A stretch of DNA of 21,480 bases from Acutalibacteraceae bacterium (lineage in GTDB: Bacteria; Bacillota; Clostridia; Oscillospirales; Acutalibacteraceae): the NCBI GenBank assembly GCA_051877215.1, contig JBJEIR010000037.1, forward strand, positions 1-21,480, in the 5' to 3' direction. Positions 9,912 through 16,973 of the stretch are shown here, in pieces. Position 1 is the first letter of the stretch, and each line of letters starts with the position of its first letter. The notes under the pieces are model-generated. The model was not told where the DNA came from. It saw nothing but the letters and a program-made list of their open reading frames with translations, and searched no databases. The position numbers were made by a program, and so were the translations under genes.

Positions 9912-9977
9912 AAAAAAGGGACGGACATATACCTACGCCCGTCAAAAAGGGGCGGACATACAAAATACGCCCGCCCC
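9912..9977. repeat. Tandem duplicated ~32-nt hairpin unit; the second copy is the oadB terminator
   Basis: Unit 1 (9912-9943) is AAAAAAGGGACGGACATATACCTACGCCCGTC. Unit 2 (9944-9977) is AAAAAGGGGCGGACATACAAAATACGCCCGCCCC. In unit 2, GGGGCGG (9949-9955) pairs with CCGCCCC (9971-9977), 7 bp. A-runs and T-runs flank it, so it reads as a terminator on both strands. Unit 1 forms only a 5-bp GACGG/CCGTC stem. Confidence 0.7.
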
Positions 9978-10006
9978 TTTCGATTTGTTTTCTCTTTTTT
10001 GGCTGA

Positions 10007-11293
10007 TCAACCGAAGAGTGTCAGCAGAACACCCGCTGCCACCGCGGAGCCGATAACGCCCGCGACATTCGGTCCCATCGCATGCATCAGCAGGAAGTTG
10101 CCGGGGTTTTCTTCCTGACCGACCTTCTGCGCCACACGCGCTGCCATCGGCACCGCCGAAACGCCCGCCGAGCCGATGAGCGGATTGACCTTGCCCTTTG
10201 TAAAGAAATACATCAGCTTTCCAAAGAGCACGCCGCCCGTCGTACCGAAGGCGAACGCGATCAAGCCGAGCGCAATAATCAGAATCGTCTTCGGCTGCAG
10301 GAAAGATTCCGCATTGGCCGTTGCGCCGACCGTAACGCCGAGGAAGATGGTAATAATGTTCATCAGCTCGTTTTGCGCCGTCTTGTTGATGCGTTCAACA
10401 ACGCCGCTCTCGCGGAACAAATTGCCGAGCATGAGCATACCGATCAGCGGTGCCGCACTCGGGAGCAGCAGCACGCACAGCAAGGTGACAAAAATCGGGA
10501 ACAAGATTTTCTCCAGACGGGAAACCGTACGGAGCTGCTCCATTTTGACCGAGCGCTCTTTCTTGGTGGTCAGCGCGCGCATGATCGGCGGCTGAATGAT
10601 CGGAACAAGCGCCATATAGGAATAGGCGGCAATCGCGATCGCGCCGAGCAGCTCAGGCGCCAGCTTGGAGGTCAGATAAATAGCGGTCGGGCCGTCCGCG
10701 CCGCCGATGATGGCGATAGACGCCGCTTGCTGCGATGTAAAGGTCAGCTCCGGCACACCGATCAAGCCGAGCGCTTTGGCGCCGAAATAGGTGATGAAAA
10801 TACCGAGCTGCGCCGCGGCGCCGAGCAAAAAGCTCTTCGGATTGGAAATGAGCGGACCGAAATCCGTCATACAGCCGATGCCGAGGAAGATCAGCGGCGG
10901 ATAGATACCGAACTTAACGCCCTGATAGAGATACCAGAGCAGGCCGCCCGCTTCAAAATGCTGCCAATACAGCTTGCCGCCCATCTCAAAGATGGGGTAT
11001 ACCTGATCCTTTATGCCCTGCGCATAATGCTCCAATTCCGCCGCTGTGAGCGGGACAAGGGAGTTTTGCTGCGGATCCATCACGCCCGAAAGCGGCAGGT
11101 TGACAAGCAGCATACCGAATGCGATCGGCAGCAGCAGCAGCGGTTCGTATTTCTTGGCGATTGCAAGATACAGCAGCACGCACGCAATGCCGATCATAAT
11201 CAGGTTTTTCCAACCGCCGCCCTCAAAATTAAAAAGCTGATAAAATCCGGAATTGACCCAGATATCGCAAATTGCTTCCCAAAGAGCTGACAT
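10007..11293 (-). CDS. Sodium ion-translocating decarboxylase, beta subunit (OadB/GcdB/MmdB family)
   Basis: A 428-aa polytopic membrane protein with the family's characteristic N-terminus (...NSGFYQLF...GGWKNLIMIGIACVLLYLAI.KKYEPLLLLPIAFG). Conserved segments include GIGCMTDFGPL, IIGGADGPT and GSAGVSAVPMAARV. The substrate (oxaloacetate, methylmalonyl-CoA or glutaconyl-CoA) cannot be told from this subunit. Confidence 0.9.
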   Translation of the reverse strand: MSALWEAICDIWVNSGFYQLFNFEGGGWKNLIMIGIACVLLYLAIAKKYEPLLLLPIAFGMLLVNLPLSGVMDPQQNSLVPLTAAELEHYAQGIKDQVYPIFEMGGKLYWQHFEAGGLLWYLYQGVKFGIYPPLIFLGIGCMTDFGPLISNPKSFLLGAAAQLGIFITYFGAKALGLIGVPELTFTSQQAASIAIIGGADGPTAIYLTSKLAPELLGAIAIAAYSYMALVPIIQPPIMRALTTKKERSVKMEQLRTVSRLEKILFPIFVTLLCVLLLPSAAPLIGMLMLGNLFRESGVVERINKTAQNELMNIITIFLGVTVGATANAESFLQPKTILIIALGLIAFAFGTTGGVLFGKLMYFFTKGKVNPLIGSAGVSAVPMAARVAQKVGQEENPGNFLLMHAMGPNVAGVIGSAVAAGVLLTLFG

Positions 11294-11325
11294 TCAATCA
11301 TCCATCCTTTCCGCGCCGAGTGCGA

Positions 11326-11826
11326 TCAAAACGGCCGTGTGTTTTCTGCAAGGCCCGCCGATGACCAAGCACTTCGTCCGCCCGCATCCGCGCGGGAAAT
11401 GCGCTTGACCGCATACCGTTTGCCCTCCGGAGTCATCGCTGTCACAGCCGCAGCAATCACAGCGACCACTTCATCGCTGACACCGTTTTGCACGACCGGT
11501 GCGGCAGGAGCTTTTGCGGGAGCCGGTTGAGCAGGTTTTAGAGCCTCGGGCTCTTCCTTTTTCTTCGGCTTTTTCTTTCCGGCGCTCATCACAAGGCCGA
11601 ACACTTTAAAAACGCCCGACAAAACAACCAGTGTCGAGATGACGACCACCAAGCCGATCAGCACCGTCATACCGGCGTCTGAAAGATATTCGCCGACATT
11701 TTCTCCGTTGTATTCCACGCCCTGAGCCGAAGTGTGGCCCTCGCTCTGCGTGTCCTCTCCTCCGCCGACATAATTCTCAAAGAATTCGGTGAATTCCTCT
11801 TTTGGAAATTCGAATGTAAACTCCAT
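11326..11826 (-). CDS. OadG-family (decarboxylase gamma-like) small membrane protein with a long acidic N-terminal extension
   Basis: It has a single TM helix, MTVLIGLVVVISTLVVLSGVFKVFGLVM. A Lys/Pro/Ala-rich linker follows. The C-terminus shows the OadG signature EVVAVIAAAVTAM...RYAVKRISR...SAWSSAGL. It lies 32 nt upstream of the beta subunit on the same strand. I place the start at ATG 11826 (MEFTFEF...) because AGGTGA lies ~6 nt upstream. The ORF track begins at a TTG at 11844. Confidence 0.7.
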   Translation of the reverse strand: MEFTFEFPKEEFTEFFENYVGGGEDTQSEGHTSAQGVEYNGENVGEYLSDAGMTVLIGLVVVISTLVVLSGVFKVFGLVMSAGKKKPKKKEEPEALKPAQPAPAKAPAAPVVQNGVSDEVVAVIAAAVTAMTPEGKRYAVKRISRADAGGRSAWSSAGLAENTRPF

Positions 11827-12073
11827 TGTCATCTCACCTTTCAACAGCCTATCTACGAAGGGCTCCTGCGGTCAAATCCCCATTCTCGCCCATATTAACT
11901 GTTTGCTATTATAACGCATTCCCTTCCAAAATGCAATCTGTTATTTCCGATTTTTTACAAAAGATTTCACTTTTTCTGTTTTTCCAAAAAGACCATTCCA
12001 TTTTGATTCTCTTTCTGCTATACTGATAGGTGCAAGGATTCCACTATAAGACGGAAGGACGCTGTACAGATTT

Positions 12074-13285
12074 ATGAAATATGTAGTATTGCTGTGCGAC
12101 GGCATGGCAGACACGCCGTCCGATATGCTCGGCGGAAAAACACCGATGGAAGCGGCGCACAAGCCCACAATGGACAAGCTGGCAAAAGCAGGAGAAGTCG
12201 GCCTGGTCAAGACCGTTCCCGACGGCTTTTCTCCCGGAAGCGATGTCGCCAATTTGTCGGTGCTCGGCTATGACCCCGCCGGCTGCTATACGGGGCGTTC
12301 GCCGCTTGAAGCCGCCAATATCGGCATTGACCTGAAGGATGACGATGTGGCGCTGCGCTGCAATCTCGTGACGCTTTCGGAGGATGAGCCGTATGAGCAA
12401 AAAACCATCCTCGACTATTGCGCCGGCGACATTCACACCGAACAGGCGGATAAAATCGTTCGTGCGGTGCAGGACGCCTTCGGCGGCGGAGATTTTGATT
12501 TTTATACAGGCACGGCATACCGCCACTGCCTTGTATGGCATCACGGCCAAACTCATATAAAAAAGCTCACCCCGCCTCATGATATCACCGGCAGCGTCAT
12601 CGGCGAGTATCTGCCCGCCGACCCCAAAGCGGCGCCGCTGCTGGATATGATGAAAAAAAGCTTTGATCTGCTGCACGAGCACCCCGTCAACAAGGAGCGC
12701 ATCGCCGCCGGTCTTTCCCCCGCCAACGCCATTTGGCTGTGGGGCAACGGCACCCGCCCGAAGCTCGACAACTTTGAAACCCGTTTCGGCGTCAAGGGTG
12801 CCATGGTTTCCGCGGTTGACCTTCTCAAGGGCATTGCCCGCTTAAACGGCATGACCGTCTGTGAGGTCAAAGGGGCGACCGGATACATCGACACCGATTT
12901 TGAAGCGAAAATGAACGCCGCATATGATGCGCTGGCAAACGGGCACGATCTTGTATATATCCATCTGGAAGCACCCGACGAATGCGGACACCGCGGAGAA
13001 ACGGAAAACAAGGTCAAAGCAATCGAAGAAATCGACCGCCGCGTGCTGGCTCCTCTTCTTGAGAAGCTCGACGGTCTCGACGACTATGCCGTTCTTGTTT
13101 GCCCCGATCATCCGACGCCGCTTGCGGTACGAACCCATACAAGCGAACCCGTCCCCTATCTGCTCTATCAAAGCGGGCAAGACCGCCGCTCCGGCATTGA
13201 CAGCTTTACCGAAAAATCCGCCGGGGCAACGGGGCACTTTCTGCCGAAGGGCGATATGCTGATGAAGCGCCTGCTTGCTTTATAA
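12074..13285 (+). CDS. apgM: ApgM-family cofactor-independent phosphoglycerate mutase homologue (the same family includes the 'proposed homoserine kinase' clade)
   Basis: The 403-aa product starts MKYVVLLCDGMADTP (metal-binding Asp). It also has SPGSDVANLSVLGYDP (catalytic Ser region), YIHLEAPDECGHRGE and VCPDHPTP. These are alkaline-phosphatase-superfamily metalloenzyme motifs typical of archaeal-type iPGM. Confidence 0.85.
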   Translation: MKYVVLLCDGMADTPSDMLGGKTPMEAAHKPTMDKLAKAGEVGLVKTVPDGFSPGSDVANLSVLGYDPAGCYTGRSPLEAANIGIDLKDDDVALRCNLVTLSEDEPYEQKTILDYCAGDIHTEQADKIVRAVQDAFGGGDFDFYTGTAYRHCLVWHHGQTHIKKLTPPHDITGSVIGEYLPADPKAAPLLDMMKKSFDLLHEHPVNKERIAAGLSPANAIWLWGNGTRPKLDNFETRFGVKGAMVSAVDLLKGIARLNGMTVCEVKGATGYIDTDFEAKMNAAYDALANGHDLVYIHLEAPDECGHRGETENKVKAIEEIDRRVLAPLLEKLDGLDDYAVLVCPDHPTPLAVRTHTSEPVPYLLYQSGQDRRSGIDSFTEKSAGATGHFLPKGDMLMKRLLAL

Positions 13286-13357
13286 CCCGCTTGAACCGCA
13301 AAAAGCAAAAAATACCCTATTTTAACGCGTCGACGCGCAAAATCAAGCGAAAACAAA

Positions 13358-13405
13358 ACGGTCTGATGCCCTGCAAAGCACAGGGTGTCAGACCGTTTTA
13401 TTTGT
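13358..13405. terminator. Bidirectional terminator between convergent apgM-like gene and metA
   Basis: ACGGTCTGA (13358-13366) pairs with TCAGACCGT (13388-13396). An inner CCCTG/CAGGG helix extends it. AAAACAAAA lies on the left and TTTTATTTGTTTT on the right. Confidence 0.8.
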
Positions 13406-13480
13406 TTTACAGTTTTATATTCATTTTATAATACGAGTTTGTTTTTCCACGAGTTTTCTCCCGATAAGCACTGTTTTTTC

Positions 13481-14407
13481 TCAGCGGATCTCCTCCAGCG
13501 ACATGAGATCATACGGCGTTTGCTGGTAGACAAAATAGTTCAGCCAATTGGAAAAGAGCAAATTGGCATGACTGCACCAGGTCATGGGCGGCACCGCTTT
13601 CGGATCATCGTCCGGAAAATAATTACGGGGAATAACCGGGTCCAGTCCGCGCTGTTGATCGCGCTCATATTCGTCCGCCAATGTCAGGCGGTCATATTCG
13701 CAGTGACCTGTCACATATACCTCGCGGCCGTTGCTTGACATGATAATCGCGGCGCCTGCCGTATCGGAAACCGCCAAAAGCTGCAGCGACGGGTCGCGCA
13801 AAATATCCTCCTGCCGCACCTCGGTATGCCTCGAATGCGGCATAAAAAAGGTCTCGTCAAATCCGCGCGTCAGCGGATGATTGGAGTACAGCGGACGGTG
13901 GCGGAAAATGCCCGACAGCTTCTCGGGAATCGGATACTTCGGGATGCCGTGCAGGTGATAAAGTCCCGCCTGTGCGCCCCAGCAGATGTACATCGTCGAA
14001 TACACATGGGTCTGTGCCCAATCCATAATCCGGCACAGCTCTTCCCAATAATCCACCTCTTCAAACGCCATCTGTTCCACCGGCGCGCCGGTGATGATCA
14101 TGCCGTCATAGCGGCGCTCTTTGATTTCCTCAAAGGTTTGATAAAATTGCAGCAGATGCTCTTTTGAGGTGTTTTTGGCGACATGGGTTGCCGCCTGCAT
14201 CAAATCCACCTCAAGCTGAAGCGGCGAATTGCCCAGCAGACGCAAAAGCTGTGTCTCGGTCGCCTCTTTCGTCGGCATGAGGTTGAGAATCAAAATATGA
14301 AGCGGACGGATGTCCTGATGGCTCGCCCGATCCTCGGTCATAAGGAAGATATTCTCCGCCTCCAGCGTTTTGGCGGCGGGAAGATCGTTGGAAATTTTTA
14401 TCGGCAT
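13481..14407 (-). CDS. metA: Homoserine O-acyltransferase MetA, predicted acetyl-CoA specific (MetAA type)
   Basis: It aligns without gaps over the first 120 aa to E. coli MetA as I recall that sequence (MPI..P..LP...L..EN.F.M...RA..Q.IRPL..LILNLMP). The catalytic Cys is in ICWGAQ and the His in GHCEYD. Position 111 ([13 protein letters not shown]) is Glu, not the Gly of E. coli. That residue is the published determinant of acetyl versus succinyl specificity. Confidence 0.92.
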   Translation of the reverse strand: MPIKISNDLPAAKTLEAENIFLMTEDRASHQDIRPLHILILNLMPTKEATETQLLRLLGNSPLQLEVDLMQAATHVAKNTSKEHLLQFYQTFEEIKERRYDGMIITGAPVEQMAFEEVDYWEELCRIMDWAQTHVYSTMYICWGAQAGLYHLHGIPKYPIPEKLSGIFRHRPLYSNHPLTRGFDETFFMPHSRHTEVRQEDILRDPSLQLLAVSDTAGAAIIMSSNGREVYVTGHCEYDRLTLADEYERDQQRGLDPVIPRNYFPDDDPKAVPPMTWCSHANLLFSNWLNYFVYQQTPYDLMSLEEIR

Positions 14408-14446
14408 GGCGTGATCGCCCCTCTGAAAAATTGCAGGTCGGTTTAT

Positions 14447-14483
14447 GCAAAAAAGCCATACACCAAAGACGGCGCATGGCTTG
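14447..14483 (-). terminator. Weak hairpin plus U-run immediately 3' of tRNA-Thr, 5' of metA
   Basis: On the minus-sense strand the sequence is AAGCCAT-gcgccgtctttggtgt-ATGGCTT followed by TTTTT. The stem is 7 bp with a large 16-nt loop, so it is probably leaky. It lies 40-70 nt upstream of the metA ATG. Confidence 0.5.
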
Positions 14484-14485
14484 TA

Positions 14486-14561
14486 TGGAGCTGGCAGACG
14501 GACTTGAACCCCCGACCTGCTGATTACAAATCAGCTGCTCTACCAACTGAGCTATGCCAGC
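14486..14561 (-). tRNA. tRNA-Thr (anticodon UGU), CCA encoded
   Basis: The reverse complement reads GCTGGCA-TA-GCTC-AGTTGGTA-GAGC-A-GCTGA-TTTGTAA-TCAGC-AGGTC-GGGGG-TTCAAGT-CCGTC-TGCCAGC-T-CCA. The 7-bp acceptor stem is perfect. The D-arm with GG, the anticodon loop TT-TGT-AA and the TTCAAGT T-loop are all present. Length is 76 nt. Confidence 0.9.
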
Positions 14562-14578
14562 AGCTCCGAACAGGCATT

Positions 14579-14608
14579 ACTATACCACAAACCCATCCGT
14601 TCTGTCAA
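14579..14608 (-). promoter_or_regulatory. SigmaA promoter (extended -10) driving tRNA-Thr
   Basis: On the minus-sense strand: TTGACA (14603-14608), 18-nt spacer ending in TGG, then TATAGT (14579-14584). The predicted start is ~10 nt before the mature tRNA 5' end. Confidence 0.65.
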
Positions 14609-14734
14609 GCGCTATAGCGCAAAATTCTCATATCAGCGGCAAACATCGTGTGCGGCCGCCATTTTCGGAATATCTGTCTTTTCCCCGCCCGCACGCCTGA
14701 TTTTGAAAAATTATTCCCGCTTTGTAAATGCTTT

Positions 14735-14768
14735 CCGCCGTGCCTCCCCTTTTTGAGAAGCACGGCGG
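14735..14768 (-). terminator. GC-rich hairpin downstream of the cysteine-rich gene (possible terminator)
   Basis: CCGCCGTGC (14735-14743) pairs with GCACGGCGG (14760-14768), a 9-bp stem with a 16-nt loop. It lies 75 nt after the stop at 14843. The trailing minus-sense sequence AAAGCAUUUAC is only weakly U-rich. Confidence 0.3.
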
Positions 14769-14842
14769 AAAACGGTCGCCGCTTTTTCAATTTGTGCCGC
14801 ACAGGCCGTGCAATCACCGAAAAAGCGTGTATCATTCATCTG

Positions 14843-15667
14843 TTATTTGTCGCATTTACAGCTTCCGCCCCGATCAAGCGTACACATCGGCGGGAAGAAC
14901 TCCTCCATCGGGAACGACATCTTTTTGAAGAGATCGCACGGATTCTCATCGTCACATTCGCAGCTCTTGCACGGCACACAATAATCATACACGGGAACAA
15001 GCAGCTGTACATTCCGCACCATCTGCACAATGGAGAAAATGCCGATGGTAACCAGTACAATCTTGCCGTTTGTATCCTCCGTGAAGCGGCCGCCGAAGCG
15101 ATTGCAGACCGAAACGGGAATGTTGCCGCAGCAGCGGGCGCGGCAGTTGCAGGCCTCAACGAGGCGCGCATCCAATGCGACCGGCTCCGCCACCTGCACA
15201 CAGCAGCGCGGCATATTGCAGGTGGGCATCTCCTGATGATCGTGGCAATCCGGACGGAATTCACTGCTGAATACCTGTACGCGCCCTTCCCCGCCGTACA
15301 AAATCACGCGTTTTTCAAAAATGCAGCAGCCGCGAACAAGCGTGCAGGGGCAATCGCACCCCTCATACAGCTCGATCTGTACCTCGATAAAGAATGTCAG
15401 ATCGCAGGAATAATAGCCATCCTGAAACGGAAGCGATTCCACATCAATGCAAGTGCTCAGCACCTCCGCGCGCTTGGCACGCACACTGACGGCGCGGTCA
15501 ATGCGCTGCTGATCCGCTTCGACAAAATAGACGCGCAGATCCTCCGCACAATCTCTGTCGGAGCAACTGTCAAATACCCGTCCGGCGTCGATACACGCCG
15601 CCTGATTACATCCTGCAGCACGCGCCGTACCGCGTGTGCGATCGTCGTGATATGACTTATTGGACAT
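14843..15667 (-). CDS. Cysteine-rich protein of unknown function (274 aa, 28 Cys); candidate spore coat or exosporium protein
   Basis: GGGAGGA lies 7 nt upstream of the ATG at 15667; the ORF track starts 2 codons earlier at a TTG. Cys clusters include CNQAAC, DSCSDRDC, CDCPC, GCC, RCC, CNCRARCC and CVPCKSCEC..NPC, with a C-terminal SCKCDK. There is no signal peptide or TM helix. It is on the same strand as spoIID, 155 nt downstream of it. Confidence 0.75.
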   Translation of the reverse strand: MSNKSYHDDRTRGTARAAGCNQAACIDAGRVFDSCSDRDCAEDLRVYFVEADQQRIDRAVSVRAKRAEVLSTCIDVESLPFQDGYYSCDLTFFIEVQIELYEGCDCPCTLVRGCCIFEKRVILYGGEGRVQVFSSEFRPDCHDHQEMPTCNMPRCCVQVAEPVALDARLVEACNCRARCCGNIPVSVCNRFGGRFTEDTNGKIVLVTIGIFSIVQMVRNVQLLVPVYDYCVPCKSCECDDENPCDLFKKMSFPMEEFFPPMCTLDRGGSCKCDK

Positions 15668-15736
15668 AGTCAATCCTCCCTAATGTAATTGATCAAAACC
15701 TTTTTCGCCGTTTGTTTTTCAGCAGGTTGTCAATAC

Positions 15737-15763
15737 CATTCTATGAAGAAACGCTTTTTTGGT
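15737..15763 (-). promoter_or_regulatory. SigmaK-like (mother-cell, late sporulation) promoter candidate for the cysteine-rich gene
   Basis: On the minus-sense strand: AC (15762-15763), 16-nt spacer, CATAGAATG (15737-15745). The Bacillus/Clostridium sigmaK consensus is AC-16/17-CATAnnnTA. The match is hand-made with one mismatch at the last position. Confidence 0.25.
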
Positions 15764-15822
15764 TCGTTTTATCGTTTGAATTGACATATCCTTGAAGAAA
15801 AATGCCGTATAAAACCGTGTTG

Positions 15823-16851
15823 TCAGCCTTTTCCGCTCTCCTCTATATCCACTCCGCTGTAATAATAGTGCAAAATATCCTGCCAGGAATAGCCGTCGCG
15901 GGCAAGCGCATCCGCCCCCTCCTGAGACAGGCCGACAAAATGCCCGTAGCCGTGTACCGTCAGCGTAAACTCCCCGTCGGCGGCGCTCACCTCAAAATCG
16001 GCCGACCGCAGTGAAAGCGCCTGCCTCACCTGCTGACCGCTGAATGTAGTATCTCCGATGCACAGCGAGAGAACCGTTCCCGCTTCGCTTCGTTTTGCCT
16101 CTCCAAACCAGGCCGTATACTCCTCGGGGAGAGTCAGTCCCGCCTGCGCCGCACACAGTTTTTCTTTCATTTCCTCCGCCGAAAGGGTGACCGTGCTGTC
16201 GATATGAGGAGAAAGCAGGTCGGCCGGACTTGCCACCGACTGCAAATAAGGGATATCCTCCTCCCAAACCGTCGCCGCCGATTCTGTTCGTCCCGCATTG
16301 ATTGCGTGATAGGCCGCCATAATCGGCTGCCCGTCATATAGAATGCGGCTGCCGATTACCGCATCCACCGCTTCCCGGTACACCGCCATGACGCTGTCGT
16401 AACTTTCTCCCCACTTTTCGCGCCAATATTCCTCACAAAATGCCTGTGGAAACGGCTGCGCTGTTCCCGCCACATCAAACGAAACGCTGTCGTCCTGTGC
16501 GCGGCTGTTTTTCTGATAACAAAAATAGGTATAACAGGCAACCGCCTGTGCCCTAAGCGCCTGCGGTGCGGTATCGGCCGGCAGCTCACCTATGGTGGCA
16601 TACAGCACCAAGTCGTATGCCGATATATCGCTTTCTGTTTGTCCGTCCGAGTGCTGCACGGTAAACACCTCCTCTGCCGCCGACACCTGTTTTGCCGTCT
16701 CTTGTACAGCGGTCGTCGTCTCCTGCCGGGTGCCGCTTTCCGAAACCTCCGTATTTTCCGGCGCAGAAGAATCCTTTGCTCCCCCGAAAGCAATCGGAAG
16801 CAGCAGCAGCACCGCAAAAACGACCGCAGTCAAAATCGCATATCCTTTCAT
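15823..16851 (-). CDS. spoIID: Stage II sporulation protein D (SpoIID, lytic transglycosylase for engulfment)
   Basis: SpoIID/LytB domain motifs are present: ALRAQAVACYTY, AAYHAINAGRTESAATVWEEDIPYLQSV, and GHFVGLSQEGADALARDGYSWQDILHYYYSGV near the C-terminus. I place the start at ATG 16851 (MKGYAILTAVVFAVLLLLPIAF, an N-terminal membrane anchor). The 69 extra codons in the ORF track run into the divergent promoter region and look non-coding. Confidence 0.9.
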   Translation of the reverse strand: MKGYAILTAVVFAVLLLLPIAFGGAKDSSAPENTEVSESGTRQETTTAVQETAKQVSAAEEVFTVQHSDGQTESDISAYDLVLYATIGELPADTAPQALRAQAVACYTYFCYQKNSRAQDDSVSFDVAGTAQPFPQAFCEEYWREKWGESYDSVMAVYREAVDAVIGSRILYDGQPIMAAYHAINAGRTESAATVWEEDIPYLQSVASPADLLSPHIDSTVTLSAEEMKEKLCAAQAGLTLPEEYTAWFGEAKRSEAGTVLSLCIGDTTFSGQQVRQALSLRSADFEVSAADGEFTLTVHGYGHFVGLSQEGADALARDGYSWQDILHYYYSGVDIEESGKG

Positions 16852-16888
16852 GCCACCCTGTCCTTTCCCGCTTTCACAACGCTTTTTC

Positions 16889-16917
16889 TTGACTTTACAG
16901 CCTGTCCATCTTATAAT
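16889..16917 (+). promoter_or_regulatory. Strong sigmaA promoter for citrate synthase
   Basis: TTGACT (16889-16894), 17-nt spacer, TATAAT (16912-16917). Confidence 0.7.
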
Positions 16918-16973
16918 AGAATTGTATATCTTTATTTTTCTACTCATTGAACAGACAGAACGGAGGCATCGCA

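Noticed and set aside
7746-11290. Long + strand ORFs (7746..9176 and 10082..11290) inside pcrA and the decarboxylase beta subunit. The same pattern occurs with 3131..3910, 3993..5129, 12044..12682 and 134..760 elsewhere.
   Set aside because: Each lies antisense to a gene with unambiguous family motifs. The translations are Arg/His/Gln-rich with no motifs, which is typical of shadow frames.
13326-13337. Perfect 12-bp palindrome CGCGTCGACGCG in the apgM-metA intergenic region
   Set aside because: It is short and isolated, and lies between two convergent gene ends just before a strong terminator. It is most simply a chance GC palindrome or a minor hairpin, with no second copy in the window.
14486-14561. 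Apparent G:G mismatch at T-stem position 51:63 of tRNA-Thr (GGGGG / CCGTC)
   Set aside because: All other arms and invariant positions are canonical and CCA is encoded. One non-Watson-Crick pair in a hand fold is not evidence for a pseudogene. tRNAscan-SE would settle it.
14648-15655. 335-aa ORF on the + strand covering almost exactly the same span as the cysteine-rich gene
   Set aside because: It is an antisense shadow ORF in GC-rich DNA. It has no SD, its composition is Ala/Arg/His-rich low complexity, and it runs through the tRNA promoter region. The minus-strand frame has a strong SD and a structured Cys pattern.
16852-16973. SigmaE-type promoter for spoIID (minus-sense ATATACAAT resembling the CATACAnT -10)
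   Set aside because: The -35 match (TCAATGA versus the kmATATT type) and the spacing are too loose to call by eye. It is mentioned only as a possibility.
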